64,000 bases of DNA, taken from Callorhinchus milii. Lineage: Eukaryota. The stretch spans positions 33,978,001 through 34,042,000 of the forward strand of contig NW_024704742.1 in assembly GCF_018977255.1 (NCBI RefSeq), in the 5' to 3' direction. Position numbers and translations under genes: made by a program. This document shows, piece after piece, positions 37,901-50,494 of the stretch. Each line of letters starts with the position of its first letter. Position 1 is the stretch's first letter. The notes under the pieces are model-generated. The model made no database searches and was not told where the DNA came from. It saw only the letters and a program-made list of their open reading frames with translations.

Positions 37901-39272
37901 GAGACCTGGGGAATTAACCCCTACTTCCCTTAAAACATCCCTGTAAACATCACTGGCCTTTATAGGCTAACTGCACTAATCAGGACAAGAGCCGTAAAAT
38001 CTGTTTCATACACCATCTTAAGAACTAGAGATTTGTAGCTCACAGCTACTGACTGATAGTCACAGTACCAAATGATAGACACCTTAGAGCTGGCAAATAA
38101 GACGGTCACATAGATGGAGCTTAATCCCTTGCAAACAATCAGAACAAATACTTGTAATTTATTCAATCTAATCGAATAACACACCAAAAAATAAAACCTG
38201 TTCTACTTCAAAACGTGAATGCATTATTATTTTTTGGTGCTTGTTAAAGGTATGCTTAAATGGCACACAAAAAAAATACTCACTTCTCAGTCTAGGTGAA
38301 AGTCTTGGTTCGTTGTGATTTCAGTCACATCATCCAATCTGATTTAAGAGCTTAAAAATCTGTCATGGAAAATGATAACTTGCATGAACACGACATGCTT
38401 GGATATGCTTTAAACCCAGCTGAGCCCCTCCACATGAGTAATGTAATAAAAACGCCAGCTCATCTTCTCTCTCTATTTTAAAGTTTGAGGGCATTGAGTC
38501 CAGTTAGAATCCTCTATGAGGGGAGGGGAGTTAAAAGAACCCATAGGGAGGGATTGAAGATTGCCAGAGCACAATGGGATGGTCTATTGAATACTTCAGA
38601 TAAGGGAATTAATTGAACCTTTTATTAAAATATAAATTCTGTCTTCCAATCCAAGGACTTGATAAGCAATTCAGATTTCCAAAACTCTTTGAAATCTGTA
38701 TCATCATTGAAGACATAAGTTTCTCCTCTTTTATATTTTTCATTACATTTTGTTTAATTTCATTGGAATAAATATATGGGTTTAATTTTTTATCTATCTC
38801 TATCCTTTATTGAAAGATAGGGCCACCAATACTGCAAATCAAAATGGTTTTCATATCTAGTCAATATAGAATGTGCAAAGGAGCTCAGTTTATATGGAAG
38901 CGATTTGCAGGCAGATTACTCAGATAAAGAGTTTATCAGCTTGTTACTGGGAACAAGGTAACTGCAAACAACATGAAAAGAACCTTGTAAACTTTAAAAA
39001 ACATTTAAAGTTAAAGGCTAAGATAGAAATGATCAGCTATTTACCAGTATTAGCTATTAACCGTGACATTCTCCAGGTTCCTTTAAGTACATACATGAAA
39101 TCGAGTTCTGTTTTGTTTGAATAAAGAGCATTGAGAACAGCGACTGTAATTTAGCAATCCTACTGGTCTTAAGACAGATGCCAGTGTTAACCAATACAAC
39201 CTGCAGTATATCTGCTCATGGGAGATAATACTTTATCATATGAAGAAAATTACAGAGGCCAGAAATGTAACC

Positions 39273-39435
39273 TTGTCTTAGCCTATATGTACGATGTTGT
39301 CTTAAAATTTGGAAAAGCAGAGATTATGGAAAATTCTTCACTTCAGTTTTAAATTGGAAGCCAGTTTTCCACAGGAAGAGAACCAGCTTCCAAATTCTTA
39401 AACATAAATTTAAGGCTAGTTGGAATTTAAGGCCT
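39273..39435. mobile_element. Palindromic MITE-like family copy
   Basis: TTGTCTTAAAATTT, GGAAAATTCTT and the inner inverted pair TTGGAAGCCAGTT / AACCAGCTTCCAA shared with 2661-2849. Confidence 0.6.
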
Positions 39436-40474
39436 ATTGCTTTCTTGTCATACTTACTGCTTAATGTACTCCACTTCATGAAGATTTAATTCCTGAAATA
39501 ACTGGCAAAATAGTTTGCTGCATGTCAGATTACAGAAGTTGCAAATCTTTGTTTATATCACTGAGGCAAAACATTCAAGATATTTCACTTTGATTTTGCG
39601 AATGTAATAATGAATGTTAGCTTTGCAATTCCTAATCTACTTCCTTCCTAACTTTGAGCTTTGCATATTTATCCAGAATATCTTGTTGCCAAAAATATCT
39701 TGCTAATAAAATAATGAAATGCAATCCTATAAAACATAATGCTATGAGAAGTGTTATCAAATGGGGCTCCACTTCACTGCTTGGTGAGATTATAGCAATG
39801 CACTTCTAGGTTGAAAAATACAAGACTCACATGACCCACTGATAGATTGTTGACCGTTTGTGATAAGATGTTATGTAAGGTTAAAACAAATCAACAGCAA
39901 TTCAGTGCAATCTAAACTCTCAGGACTAAGACTAACTCTATAGAATTAGACCCCACTTAAGCACATTTCTTAACTGGCTTATAACCATTAAGTATCCTCC
40001 CCATGCCACAATAACCTGTTAATCAGTCCTTGTGTAACTAGGGTCTTTGTTGTTGAAAATCAAGTGCAGAATGATCCCATGTGCTACTGATAAGGCTACT
40101 TAGATGGCTTTACTCTGCAAGTGCTAAAACTCCATTCAATGTATTTTGCATCTTAATTTAATGCTGGTCTTAAAATGTCAAATAGAAGGTTTCACGTTTA
40201 TAAGGCTCTTGAAAGTGAAAGCATGTCATAATGAATTGTGACCCAAAACTAGTAGAAGGGTTGACACCTGTAGTGTTCTCAATGCCGCTCAAGTGTTTTG
40301 TTTTATACTCTAAACCCGCTGTTGGTAACAGATACTGTAATAGTCCTGCAGCTTCACTGTGGTTGAAATCAAACACACTTTTTTTTCTCAGAACCACAAT
40401 TCTTGCCTTTCACGATCATTCCTTCTGCCTGTAATGTTCGTGCTTTTTAAAAAACACTTTTACTTAATTTTTAT

Positions 40475-40581
40475 TTGCTCAAAAAATACAGTCAATCCAC
40501 TTTACAGTATATCCTGTGAAGTGCTTTGAGTCATCACGACAACATGAAAGGCGATATATAAAATGCAAGGATTGTTATTAT
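40475..40581 (+). mobile_element. SINE 3' fragment
   Basis: CAGTCAATCCACTTTACAG...AAATGCAAGGATTGTTATTA. Confidence 0.8.
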
Positions 40582-40728
40582 CTAATCCTCCCCACTGTTT
40601 GTAACCATTGTGGTGTATTGCACAATCTGGTCCTTAGTTTTCTGAATGTGAAACATTGATGTAAAAAAGTTCCTTTTTGTGTATCACAAGATGTCCTCTG
40701 GATATGAAAGGTGCTATATAAATGTAAA

Positions 40729-40906
40729 GTCCTGTAGCTCAGTGGTTAGAGCACTCGCTTTGCAAGTGAGAGACCTGAGTTCAATTCCAGGCAGAGGGCG
40801 AAACCTTGGGCAAGTTTCCTTACTCCACACAGAGCCTAATAATAATCCCTGCAAAACCAAAAACAATAATAAATTGGTCATTTTCAATCTACGACTGTTT
40901 GTGGGC
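40729..40906 (+). mobile_element. Young tRNA-Ala-headed SINE lacking its 3' half
   Basis: Intact head GTCCTGTAGCTCAGTGGTTAGAGCACTCGCTTTGCAAGTGAG; similarity stops after CTGTTTGTGGG; directly preceded by an L2-type tail (40688-40727). Confidence 0.9.
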
Positions 40907-41334
40907 AATCTGAGAAGCACATACATATCTTCCTTCATAACGTTTAGATTCTGCAGTCATTCAGTAGAACACAATTTCACTAGCAATACCAAATGAGCAG
41001 CTTATGATAATGAACCAAAATTACTTCCACTGGTGCAAGCAGAAAAATGACCCACAAAACTCAACTGCTGTATGAAATTGAAAAAGGGGCAGATAAGATG
41101 TAAAATTCTCTGCCAGCTTCATGAGACATTGATTGGTGAAACTTGCCATTTAAAGCAATAACATTTTCTAGAGCATGAATGATGCACTAATCTGCAGAAA
41201 GTAGTTTAATGATGGAAAATAAACTTGAAAATACTGTAAGTGTACATCAGCTTTTGGTAGAGAAAGAGAGGTTTGTGTTCATTCTCAATAAGAAGCCTGA
41301 ATTTCACCTAGTCTGGTGAAATTCCCTCCAACCA

Positions 41335-41453
41335 TTTTACCCTAAATTTTAAGATTGTGCCAAATTGGGGAGAAAATTAAGAAAGTGGATTTTTTCAGGT
41401 TTACAAAGCACAAGCTTTCAAATTAAGACATAACAGTTTGACAGGTTAAGACT
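41335..41453. mobile_element. Palindromic MITE-like family copy, partial
   Basis: CCTAAATTTTAAGATTGTGCCAAATT...AGCTTTCAAATTAAGAC...GGTTAAGACT. Confidence 0.45.
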
Positions 41454-41559
41454 CAATGGAATTGTGGGCTGCTAACAATTGATCTTTTATAGATTGAGGA
41501 GGCATGTTCAATCTAACAATAGGTAGAAATCAAACATTAGTTATTTAAATAGTATAATT

Positions 41560-41970
41560 AAAATAATGATGCTTGTATTTGATATAGCAGCTTACACATC
41601 AGGAGGAAATCTCAAAGTACTTCACAAGATTCACTGTAAAGTGCTGTGACTGTAGTTTTGTAGGCGAACAGTGCATCCAATTTGCACACAGTATTCCACA
41701 AACAGCCATGAAACAAATGACCAATTTTACTTGTGGGATTGTTGATGAGGACACCAGGAGAAACTCTCTTTTCGTTTTGAAGAGTGCCATGGCGCATTTA
41801 ATGTCCGCCTGAATAAGCAGAGAGGAACTAGGCTTAATATCTTATCCAAAGGATGGAATCTACTGTGCGTTAAAGTGTCATCCTAGACTATATGAGCTCA
41901 AAGACATGGGGCTTAAAATCGCAGCCTTCCAGAGCGGAGTGTTCTATCAATTGAACAGGATGAGACTTCA
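41560..41970 (-). mobile_element. Deu-domain SINE, near full length
   Basis: Reverse tail, GGACACCAGGAGAAACTC, TTTAATGTCCGCCTGAA, decayed head. Confidence 0.8.
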
Positions 41971-43369
41971 GTGCCAAATAGAGCTTTATCTGACTCTTAC
42001 TATCCTCCAACTCATTTACCTTTTATTTAAATTGCTAATTGTGCAGATCATAATATTGCAAGATAATCTTTATATAAATACCTATTTTAATCAGACAAGG
42101 ATTCTGACTTTTCATCCTTTGATTGTCGTTGTCTTGTTCATTGTTTATTAAGAAACCAAACAGTCTTTAATTAATATTAAATTACCGACCACTGCAAAGG
42201 CCTGGAAACCATGACATTCAGAGGTTATTCTCAATCCTATGTGAGTATACCAGGAATAGGAAGAGGCTCTTCCCTTAGTTGACAGCATGGATAAAATATG
42301 AACACAATCAAAAAATATTAAAAGTAAACATATGCAGCAAAAATCAAAGAAGCCACAAATGTTCATCAGTCACATTCCTAAATACTACCCTCAGCCAATT
42401 TTTGAAACAGTATTTGAAGAGTTAAACTTATATTTTAGACTGCTGATCTCTGTCCTGTCTGTAAGTTAAGCTTCAACAGCAACTATGGAAACCTTAATGC
42501 AAATGTACATCCTTCTTTTGAGAGGCTGGGATAAGACAGCAATACAGCAAGCTCAAGAGGTAAATGCTGGAGAAAAATGCAATATTTCTGCAGTACAGAG
42601 CATCTATTACATTGTTATTCATTAGGGAACAATGGGAACAATTCCAATAACATATTGGAAGAATATAGTTCCCATATATTTTAAAAATAATCTAACCCTT
42701 ATTTTTTGCAACCCCCCATAGGTGCGGTAATGTATCTATGAACTTCTTACCCTTGTGCACTTTAACCTTGGAACTTTTTACTGTACTTTGGCAGATAAAC
42801 TGCTCTCTCAAGTCTTTAGCAGACATCTCATAAAGCTTTTTAAGTGCATTGTCTGTAAATTAAGCTTTAACAGCCACTATTCCTACAGCTGGTCTTCATG
42901 AACAAGTCTTGATCAGGTTCTGGTTGGGAATGAAGGAGATAATAACATAAGTCAGGCAAGCTTCGTGTTGACAGTTGTGTGATTGCAACCCAGAGGTTCC
43001 ATGTGACAATTTGGCTGAAGGACAACACAAACTTGGTAGATGTACTCATGCTTTAGCAGAGCTGATTTTCACGTATGGGAGACTTTATGTTGACTTGATG
43101 CCAAGTGGAAAATAGCAGACATGCTAGTAAAAATATTAATTCAGTGGTGTTAATACCACATTACTCTGTGTGACTTTGTGCACTCTGTGCATTGGGTGTA
43201 ACTCAGTGATAATCGTTTAGTGCCAGTGAATTCAAAACATCAATTATTGGGGCAAGATCCAAAGCACTTAAGAATTCAATTAGCATATTTCTCATATGGA
43301 GCCGTCACACCATTGAAAGTCTTAACCCTTATGCTGTGCACAGCCTGGATAATCTCCTCTCTCCCTGGA

Positions 43370-43515
43370 CTCCCAGTTCTGAAGGATGACAACTCCAACA
43401 ATGCAGCACTCTCTCATCACTGCATTGGAGTGTCAGCCAAGATTGTGAGCTCAAAACCCTGACGTGAGGCTGGAACCCACAAGCTTCTGACTCAGAGCAA
43501 GACTGACATTTTGTC
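43370..43515 (-). mobile_element. Deu-domain SINE 5' portion
   Basis: CTCCAACAATGCAGCACTC...GGAGTGTCAGCC...GAACCCACAAGCTTCTGACTCAGAG. Confidence 0.8.
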
Positions 43516-43789
43516 AATATTAATAATATTAATGTTAATATGATTCTCATCACACTCCAATTGCTATATGCACAATTTACAGTGATAGCAGCCTTGTTGA
43601 AAATGATTTCCACAGCAGTTCCTATGGTGTAATGGATAGAGCTGCAACTTTCAACAACAGGTTGTTGGTTAAAATCTCGATCTTTGCTGCGTTTGCTGGT
43701 CTCAGCAGCCAAAATTTATGAAAAGGATAAATTGGCCCTGGCCTTCCCAAGGTTAGCCAAGGTTCCTGTGCCTTGTCTCTTTTCAGCAA

Positions 43790-44107
43790 CTATGGTTTGA
43801 TTCCTGGGTAGGGCGAAACCTTAGGTAGGTTTCCTAACTCCACATGCCTCTGTTTACCTAGTAGTAAGCAGGAACCCAGTTGTTATTCGATTGGCGGATC
43901 ACTTTCCAGGGATAATATTCCCTCCAAAAAAAATATGGTTACTCAATCCATGACTGTTTGTGGGAGACTGCTGTGTGCAAATGGCTGCTGTGTTTCGCCC
44001 ACAAAGTACACCATCAGTCCAATTTACAGCATATTCTGTGAAACACTTTGAGACATCTCAATGCTATGATAAGACGCTATATCAAATGCAAGGATTATTA
44101 TTATTAT
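43790..44107 (+). mobile_element. Chimeric SINE, long variant
   Basis: B-box remnant GGTTTGATTCC, GGGCGAAACCTTAGG, extra segment 43850-43911, shared 3' half and (TTA)n tail. Confidence 0.85.
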
Positions 44108-44899
44108 GTGTGTGGCAGCTGGGTGGGGAGGTGTCAGGCTTGGCCCTCCACAGTCATGTAGCCTGCTGACACTCACTGCCAAAGATCACACACGATCAAA
44201 AGCCACTTGGGCAGCCTACTGGAGGCCATCTATAGCCCATGAAACTGTACAGCAGCAAGGAGGCCAGGAGGCTAGACCATGAACAGAGAGGTTTAGCCAG
44301 CAGGGAGAATAAGAGAGAAAAAGTAGTGGACACTCCAAACATAAAACAAATGTTTTTATACATGCCTTTTTGAAAAAATATCAACTGCATCTATGGAAGT
44401 AATGCAATGGTTGACAACTCATTTCATTTTTCATGGGAATCACATGAATCATTCCAAGAGTTGAATCTCTGAGCTTATTTTACTTAACAAGGTTCACACT
44501 TAGAAACGTTTGGAAGGATAGAAGTCCATTTGAAGTAAGAATGAACTGCCTGTATTCTGACATTTGTTTGTACATTGACATACTGAACTTTGAATGAACT
44601 TTGAAGAAGCGAGATCTACTTTAGAAGGCACAGAGGCAACTGCAAACAACACATTAAACCAGTCACACTTATTTAAAAAATGTAATAATTTTGTGACTCA
44701 TATATACTGAACATATTTTTGATTATTCAGAATGCATTTGTGTTGCAGGACATTCCCTGATTCCTTGATCTCGATAAGGCACTGATGTGTCAGGAATCTT
44801 GGCCAGGAATCATTGTTCCTATCCACTGTGCATGGGAGACAGACATTTTTCATGTGAATTTATGCAAATTTGCAATTCAAGCCAAATGTTTTTAAAAAG

Positions 44900-45190
44900 C
44901 CTCAGGTGGAAGATATTGAAAAACAAAAACCAGAACAATATTTTTGGATGTGCCAGGACTACAGAACAAGAGGGCACAGATTCAGGGCTGCAAAAGCCAA
45001 TTTCAGGACAGATAATAAGGAGCGTTTCTTTACCCAGAGTAATTAACAACTGGAACAAGTGTGGTTTAGGCCTCAATGCCGACTGCTCTATAAAACACAG
45101 CTTGATGCTGTGACGGGAGCATTTTGGGGTGGATATCTTGCAAGGATATGATCAAATATGTCAAACAAAGGGCATCAAACCTCTTTTGTG
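44900..45190 (+). mobile_element. CR1 LINE ORF2 C-terminus, decayed
   Basis: AGAACAAGAGGGCACAGATTC (RTRGHRF) and TTCTTTACCCAGAGTAATTAACAACTGGAAC (FFTQRV..WN with a frameshift). Confidence 0.65.
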
Positions 45191-45399
45191 ATTACATTTC
45201 AGCCCTCCATTTGGTTGATTTTGATAACCTTTCTGCAGAGACTGCATACATTCAAAAACTAAACAGATCTTGTTTGATGTGCAAGTGTCTTAAAAGATGT
45301 AAAGAACAGTGAAGGCAAAGTGCAGTAATTGTATGTATGCATGCAAATACTCCATTGCTATTAAAGCAAAACCTTGGAGCTTGATTCATAATAGAGGAA

Positions 45400-45530
45400 G
45401 AAATGAATAAATGGGTATGGACCAGGGTATTAGGAAGGGCTAGTGGAGTATAATCACTGGCATGGATGGGTTGGCTCTGAATGACCCATTTGTTGTATGC
45501 TGTAATGTTGTATGTAATCTATGAAATCCT
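45400..45530 (+). mobile_element. CR1 3' UTR
   Basis: CACTGGCATGGATGGGTTGGCTCTGAATGACCC...TGTAATCTATG; similar to 48000-48150. Confidence 0.6.
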
Positions 45531-46184
45531 GTAAGTGATAAAATTCCACTTTCTTACTGAATTCGCCTCAGCTTTTCAACTGTGACCCAAAATGACAATT
45601 GACATGAAATACACTGAAGGATTCATCACTCTATTTAAAACCCACTGAATTGACCCACCTGAGCGAGCACTTCCACAGAACACTGCATTTATGAGTCTGT
45701 GCACCCAGCAGTATGGCATTCACTACAGATGAGATGTTATACTGCTCTAACAATGCAGTTCATGTATGCACTCAAATGATGTGTTTATGAAAGGTCACCA
45801 ATTTACAATGCCATACTGAACCTCTATTGTATTGTTCGAAAAGCCTCAATCCTTAGAAACAAAATATCCTTCGGGTTTCCAAACAAGCCTATAAATCAAT
45901 AACCTCTTAATTGTTGCTGGAACATTATTTCTCTATTTTTTAACTCCTCCATTTTGCAAGTCAAATGTTTAGAATGAAGCCTCAATTGCCTTTAATTTGC
46001 TAAGAAGTGATTTAAGTCTAACCATAGGTAATTATTCCTAAAAAGCAAATACGATTTTACTACCAATGGCAGGTTGGCAGGTGGGGTGGGGGCTGGAACT
46101 ACAAGCCACAAAAGATCAAAAGGAAGCAAGCGAGGATAGGAGGAAGGAGATGGGAGATGCTGTTGCACTCACGGCAGTTTGGTT

Positions 46185-46515
46185 GTTCTGGCCAACAATC
46201 CCTCAAATAAAATTCATCATTTACTTCATGGCCGTTTATGTGCAAATTGGCTGCTGCATTTGCTTATAAATACACAGTCATTGCACTTCACAGTAAAATC
46301 CTGTGAGGTGCTTTGAGATATCTTGATAACCTGAAACGCTATATCAAATACAAAGATTAAATTCACTTCATGGTTGTTTGCTGTATGCAAATTGGCTGCC
46401 ATGTTCCTCTGCAAATAAACAGTCACTAAACTTTACTGTAAAAAAACCTGTGAAGGCAATGAGACATTTCGATCACATGATAAGGCACTATATCAAATAC
46501 AAGGATTACCATTAT
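46185..46515 (+). mobile_element. Two tandem SINE 3' halves
   Basis: CTTCATGG...GCAAATTGGCTGC...CTATATCAAATACAA occurs twice head-to-tail. Confidence 0.8.
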
Positions 46516-47833
46516 TGAACAGTAGCGATCAACTTCTCTTTCAATTAATCCTGTGTCTGATTATCTCAGCATGCATTCATTATAAAATGTTATCAGGATA
46601 AAGGATATTTCACAATAGAGAAAGCTGATTCACTCAGAAACAGTAGCGTAAGAAGTTTATCGTGTTGTGTTGTAAAGACACGTGGAAAACATTCTGAGCC
46701 TGAATATAGCAGCAAAATTTAACCACTGTGGCTTGAATGAGAAAAATATACTTGGTTGGTCCAAACCCTAAAGGAGAAGTAATTCCGCTGGTCAGTAAAT
46801 GTATTGACATTGATGTACACTTTTAATGGGATTTCCATTTAAAAGGACATGCTTAAAGTGCCTCTTCAGAGTAACCAGCAGAATTTCACTTCTTAGATTT
46901 TTGACCCTTTCAAGTTTTGTCATCACATGTTTTCCTTTGAATTTCTCTGTGCTGTCAACGTTTAATGAAATTGCTGATGTTTTAATCTGGGTTTGACATG
47001 CGGTATTTCTTAACAGTGGTTAATTCCTTAACAACGAATCCATGTTGTACAAACAAAAAGTCCTTCCAGCAACCAAAATTATGTCACTTTGTCACTAAGT
47101 GATCTATTTCTAGAACAGATAACCCAATCGTCAACAGGACTTCTATAAACATTTTTTTTACTGCAAATCGCCTCCCGTTATCAAAATAATCTGTAATCAA
47201 GGAAAAGAGGAACAATAGTTGGGCATTGAATCCCACAAACCTAAATCGCCATGTAATGTCTTCTCGTTTCACTACTCATAGTCTAGCTCTATGTTTTAAA
47301 TTTTGCCCTCTCGTTCTGGGTAAATTCTGCATGAATGGCTATGAACTCCATACGAATGAAAAAGATCTTGTGCAAAATTTGTGCAAAAAATTTATTTATT
47401 GCAAGACAATAAGTTCCACGATGCAATGCTCTACTATTGCTTTAGGAGGAAGTAGGATGGGTATATAGTGAATTTCTGATCTCAGATGACAAAGTGAGAA
47501 AGAGAAAGCAATGTGGATTTGGAGATTGAGTCAACCTGTAGTATTCATGCACACCTCCCAGCAGCCAGTTCCTAGTGACCAGCAGCTGATTCCTCGTGAT
47601 ATCGGAAGATGTTGGGTGGCAGGTTGTTGTCCACACTCTTGTACTGGTAATGATGCATTTGATGAAGGAGGCTTAAAAGGGGGCTTCCCACCCATCTCTT
47701 TCAAAGCAAGGGCTTAGGAATAAATCACAAAATAAGAGAAAAAGAGATATCTCAATTAAAAAAAAACTTGCTTGCACCGAAACATTAACTGAACATATTA
47801 CCCAGCAGTAATGGTTTACTGTGGGAATCCATC

Positions 47834-48506
47834 CTTATCCTGGAAATACTACAGAGCTGATAACTCAGGGTAATTAAGTTACAAATGTGATATGAAGTCA
47901 CTTCATCAGTAAAGCATGATATCTATTCCACAGTGGACAAGTAGCATTGAAGTAGTTTGCAAGCAGGAGTTGACCATCGGTCACCATAAAAAAACATAGT
48001 ATTTAAATACATAAAGGCATTTAAGAGAAAACAAGATGCATTCACAGGGGAGAAAGCGATAGAAGGGAATAGGAGGGGTGGGGCTCATGTGGAGTACAAA
48101 CACTGGCATGAACTAGTTGCATGTTTCCATGCTGTATCAGTCTAGGAATCTAGCAATCACTCTGATGTGAAATAACTAACAAATGAAGAGCGTACGGATT
48201 GTCTAGAAGATGATTAATACAGCCTTATGTCATGTAATTTTACTGGGTTTCTTTTAGGTAGCACAACAACAACAAATTACATTTGTATTGTGCCTTTCAC
48301 ATCAGGAGGGCGTCCCAGGGTCCTGAGCCCACAAAACAACCTTGATTTATTATGATAAAGGAAATTATAGTTAAGGAATGTTATAACTGATACTCAGTGG
48401 TTTACTTATCCCGGAATTACTGGAGAGCTGATAATTCAGGTTAATTAAGTTACAAATGAGATATGAGAGTCATGTCATGAATAAAGCATGATCTGTACTC
48501 CACAGT
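47834..48506 (+). repeat. Local ~100-bp direct duplication (47834-47934 and 48405-48506)
   Basis: CTTATCC.GGAA.TACT..AGAGCTGATAA.TCAGG.TAATTAAGTTACAAATG.GATATGA...TAAAGCATGAT...TCCACAGT present twice. Confidence 0.85.
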
Positions 48507-49859
48507 AGAGTTTTTCATAATGTTGTTGCCTATAATGAACTGGATGTACGTCATCAAGCAGAATACTTTCACTGGCATTTTGGAACTGTGTTTCTGGTTA
48601 ACAGATCTTCTGTGGGTGTGTTGGAGGAAGATTAAAAAAACAAACAACTGATTCTAAGTACTGGATTTTATGTGGTAAGTAAAACGCTAACAAATGTTGC
48701 CTGAAAAGAGATTATCACACAGAAAAGAGGTTTAGGCCAAATAAATATACTAATTTTATTTACAATCGAACATAAACCCTACAAAACCAACAACAGATTT
48801 TTCAGAATAAATCCAAGTAAATATGGTTTAAAAGTAATTTGTGAGTTTAAAGACCTCAGTTCTTTTTGTTCTTTCAAATCAGTGGCAGATTATCAATTGA
48901 ATGTTCTTTTCCAAGGACGCAGAAAGTGGTTTTTGCTTTGGCTTGGTCTACACATTTTTTTTTCTGTGCGTAGTAGGCTCTAGATTCTCCTGCATAAATG
49001 CGTACTCTCAAATATAATATTTTTGTATTTGATATTGTATCATATAAAATCACTTCTCTGAATTGACAGGTTTTTTATCCAGGGCAGTCTCATGCACGGA
49101 AACCCAAAGTATCTAACCCAGTGTGCGTTTGAGTATTGCTGGAGATTAACCAGCTAAATCTAAGGAGCCTGCCATTGTGAACATTTACTGGCAAGCTATC
49201 CGCTCCTTGCCCAGCTAGGACTACTTTACCCATCATGGCTTGGCCAACCAATTAGACAGCAGAATCTCAATTTTCCAAACATAGTTTTTCTTGAGATTGT
49301 ATGTATTGCATACATATGTGGAACTTTCAGTCTGGAATGGATACTGTGATGGGCACGGTGATGGGTTTACACATATGTCAGAAAACGGTTCAAAAATGGA
49401 AATTAAAGATAAGTGAGTCTTCCGAGGTGCTGATATTTGCATTTGTATTTGCATCTGAACACAGTGAATGACTGGAGTCTCCAAACAGTTTCCCTGTTCC
49501 ATTCATCTTATCTGACCCACTTAAGTACAGATCATCAAGCTGCTGTTATCTATTATGTTAATGGTTGCAAAATTCTGCCTACGTATTGATTTTCCTTCAT
49601 CCCTTTGAGCATTTTAGATCTTTATAAAGGGTGACAATATTTTTAGATTACTTAGAACACTGCTGATAAGGTCTGGTTCTGATGTTATATGGTTATTCAT
49701 CACTCCTTGTTACACAGTACTTCTGATGAAGAATAGGTAATGAAGACATATTTGGTTTCAACAAAGAAACAAAGAACTTGTATTTTATAGGATCTTGTTA
49801 CATCAGAATATTTTCCTCAGGTACTTGCTGTCGTGTGCAGTGATTATTTTTAGGAAAAC

Positions 49860-50300
49860 AACAATATAATCCTTACTTTTGATATAATACCTTTTGACAT
49901 TGACGAGATGGATAAAAGCGTTTCACTGGATTATATTGTGAACTGTAGGAACTGTGTATTTATAGGCAAACATGGTCACCAATTTTGTATACATCAATGT
50001 CCCACAAACAGCCTTTAAGTAAGTGACCAATTTTATTTTGGGGATTGTTGACCAGGATACCAGGAGCTCTCACAAGCAACCAGGTAGTGAATGATCAATT
50101 AATCTGCAAGATTGTTCTCACTGGGAAAAATCCTTTCTTTCCTTGTATAGGATCAAGAAATCCTTCAAATCCACCAGACAGGCAGATAGGACCTGGATTT
50201 AAATTCTCACCCACAAGATGACAACTCGGACACCGGAGTTCAACTTAAGATTCCGATGCAATGTCAACCTGGACTCTTGAGCACAAGACCCCTTTATTCT
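49860..50300 (-). mobile_element. Deu-domain SINE(s), decayed
   Basis: Reverse tail, AATGTCCCACAAACAGCC, GATTGTTGACCAGGATACCAGGAG, ATCCACCAGACAGGCAGATAGGACC. Confidence 0.7.
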
Positions 50301-50494
50301 CCAAACAGCAAGAGATACTGATAGCAAAAGCATGAAATAATTGACTCTAATATTTAAGTTTAGAAACCTTAAATATGAATTGCATTCTCCTAACATAGAC
50401 CCCTCTGACCCTGTTCTCAGTACAGACATCCATGAAACTTAAAACTACTGGCTTGTGAGAGTGGCATTTACTCTCCAGTTTTTTCTTTAGTGAA

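Noticed and set aside
47490..47715. Exon-like GC-balanced stretch (LALKEMGGKPPF...)
   Set aside because: Weak donor, in-frame stop at the end, no recognised homology.
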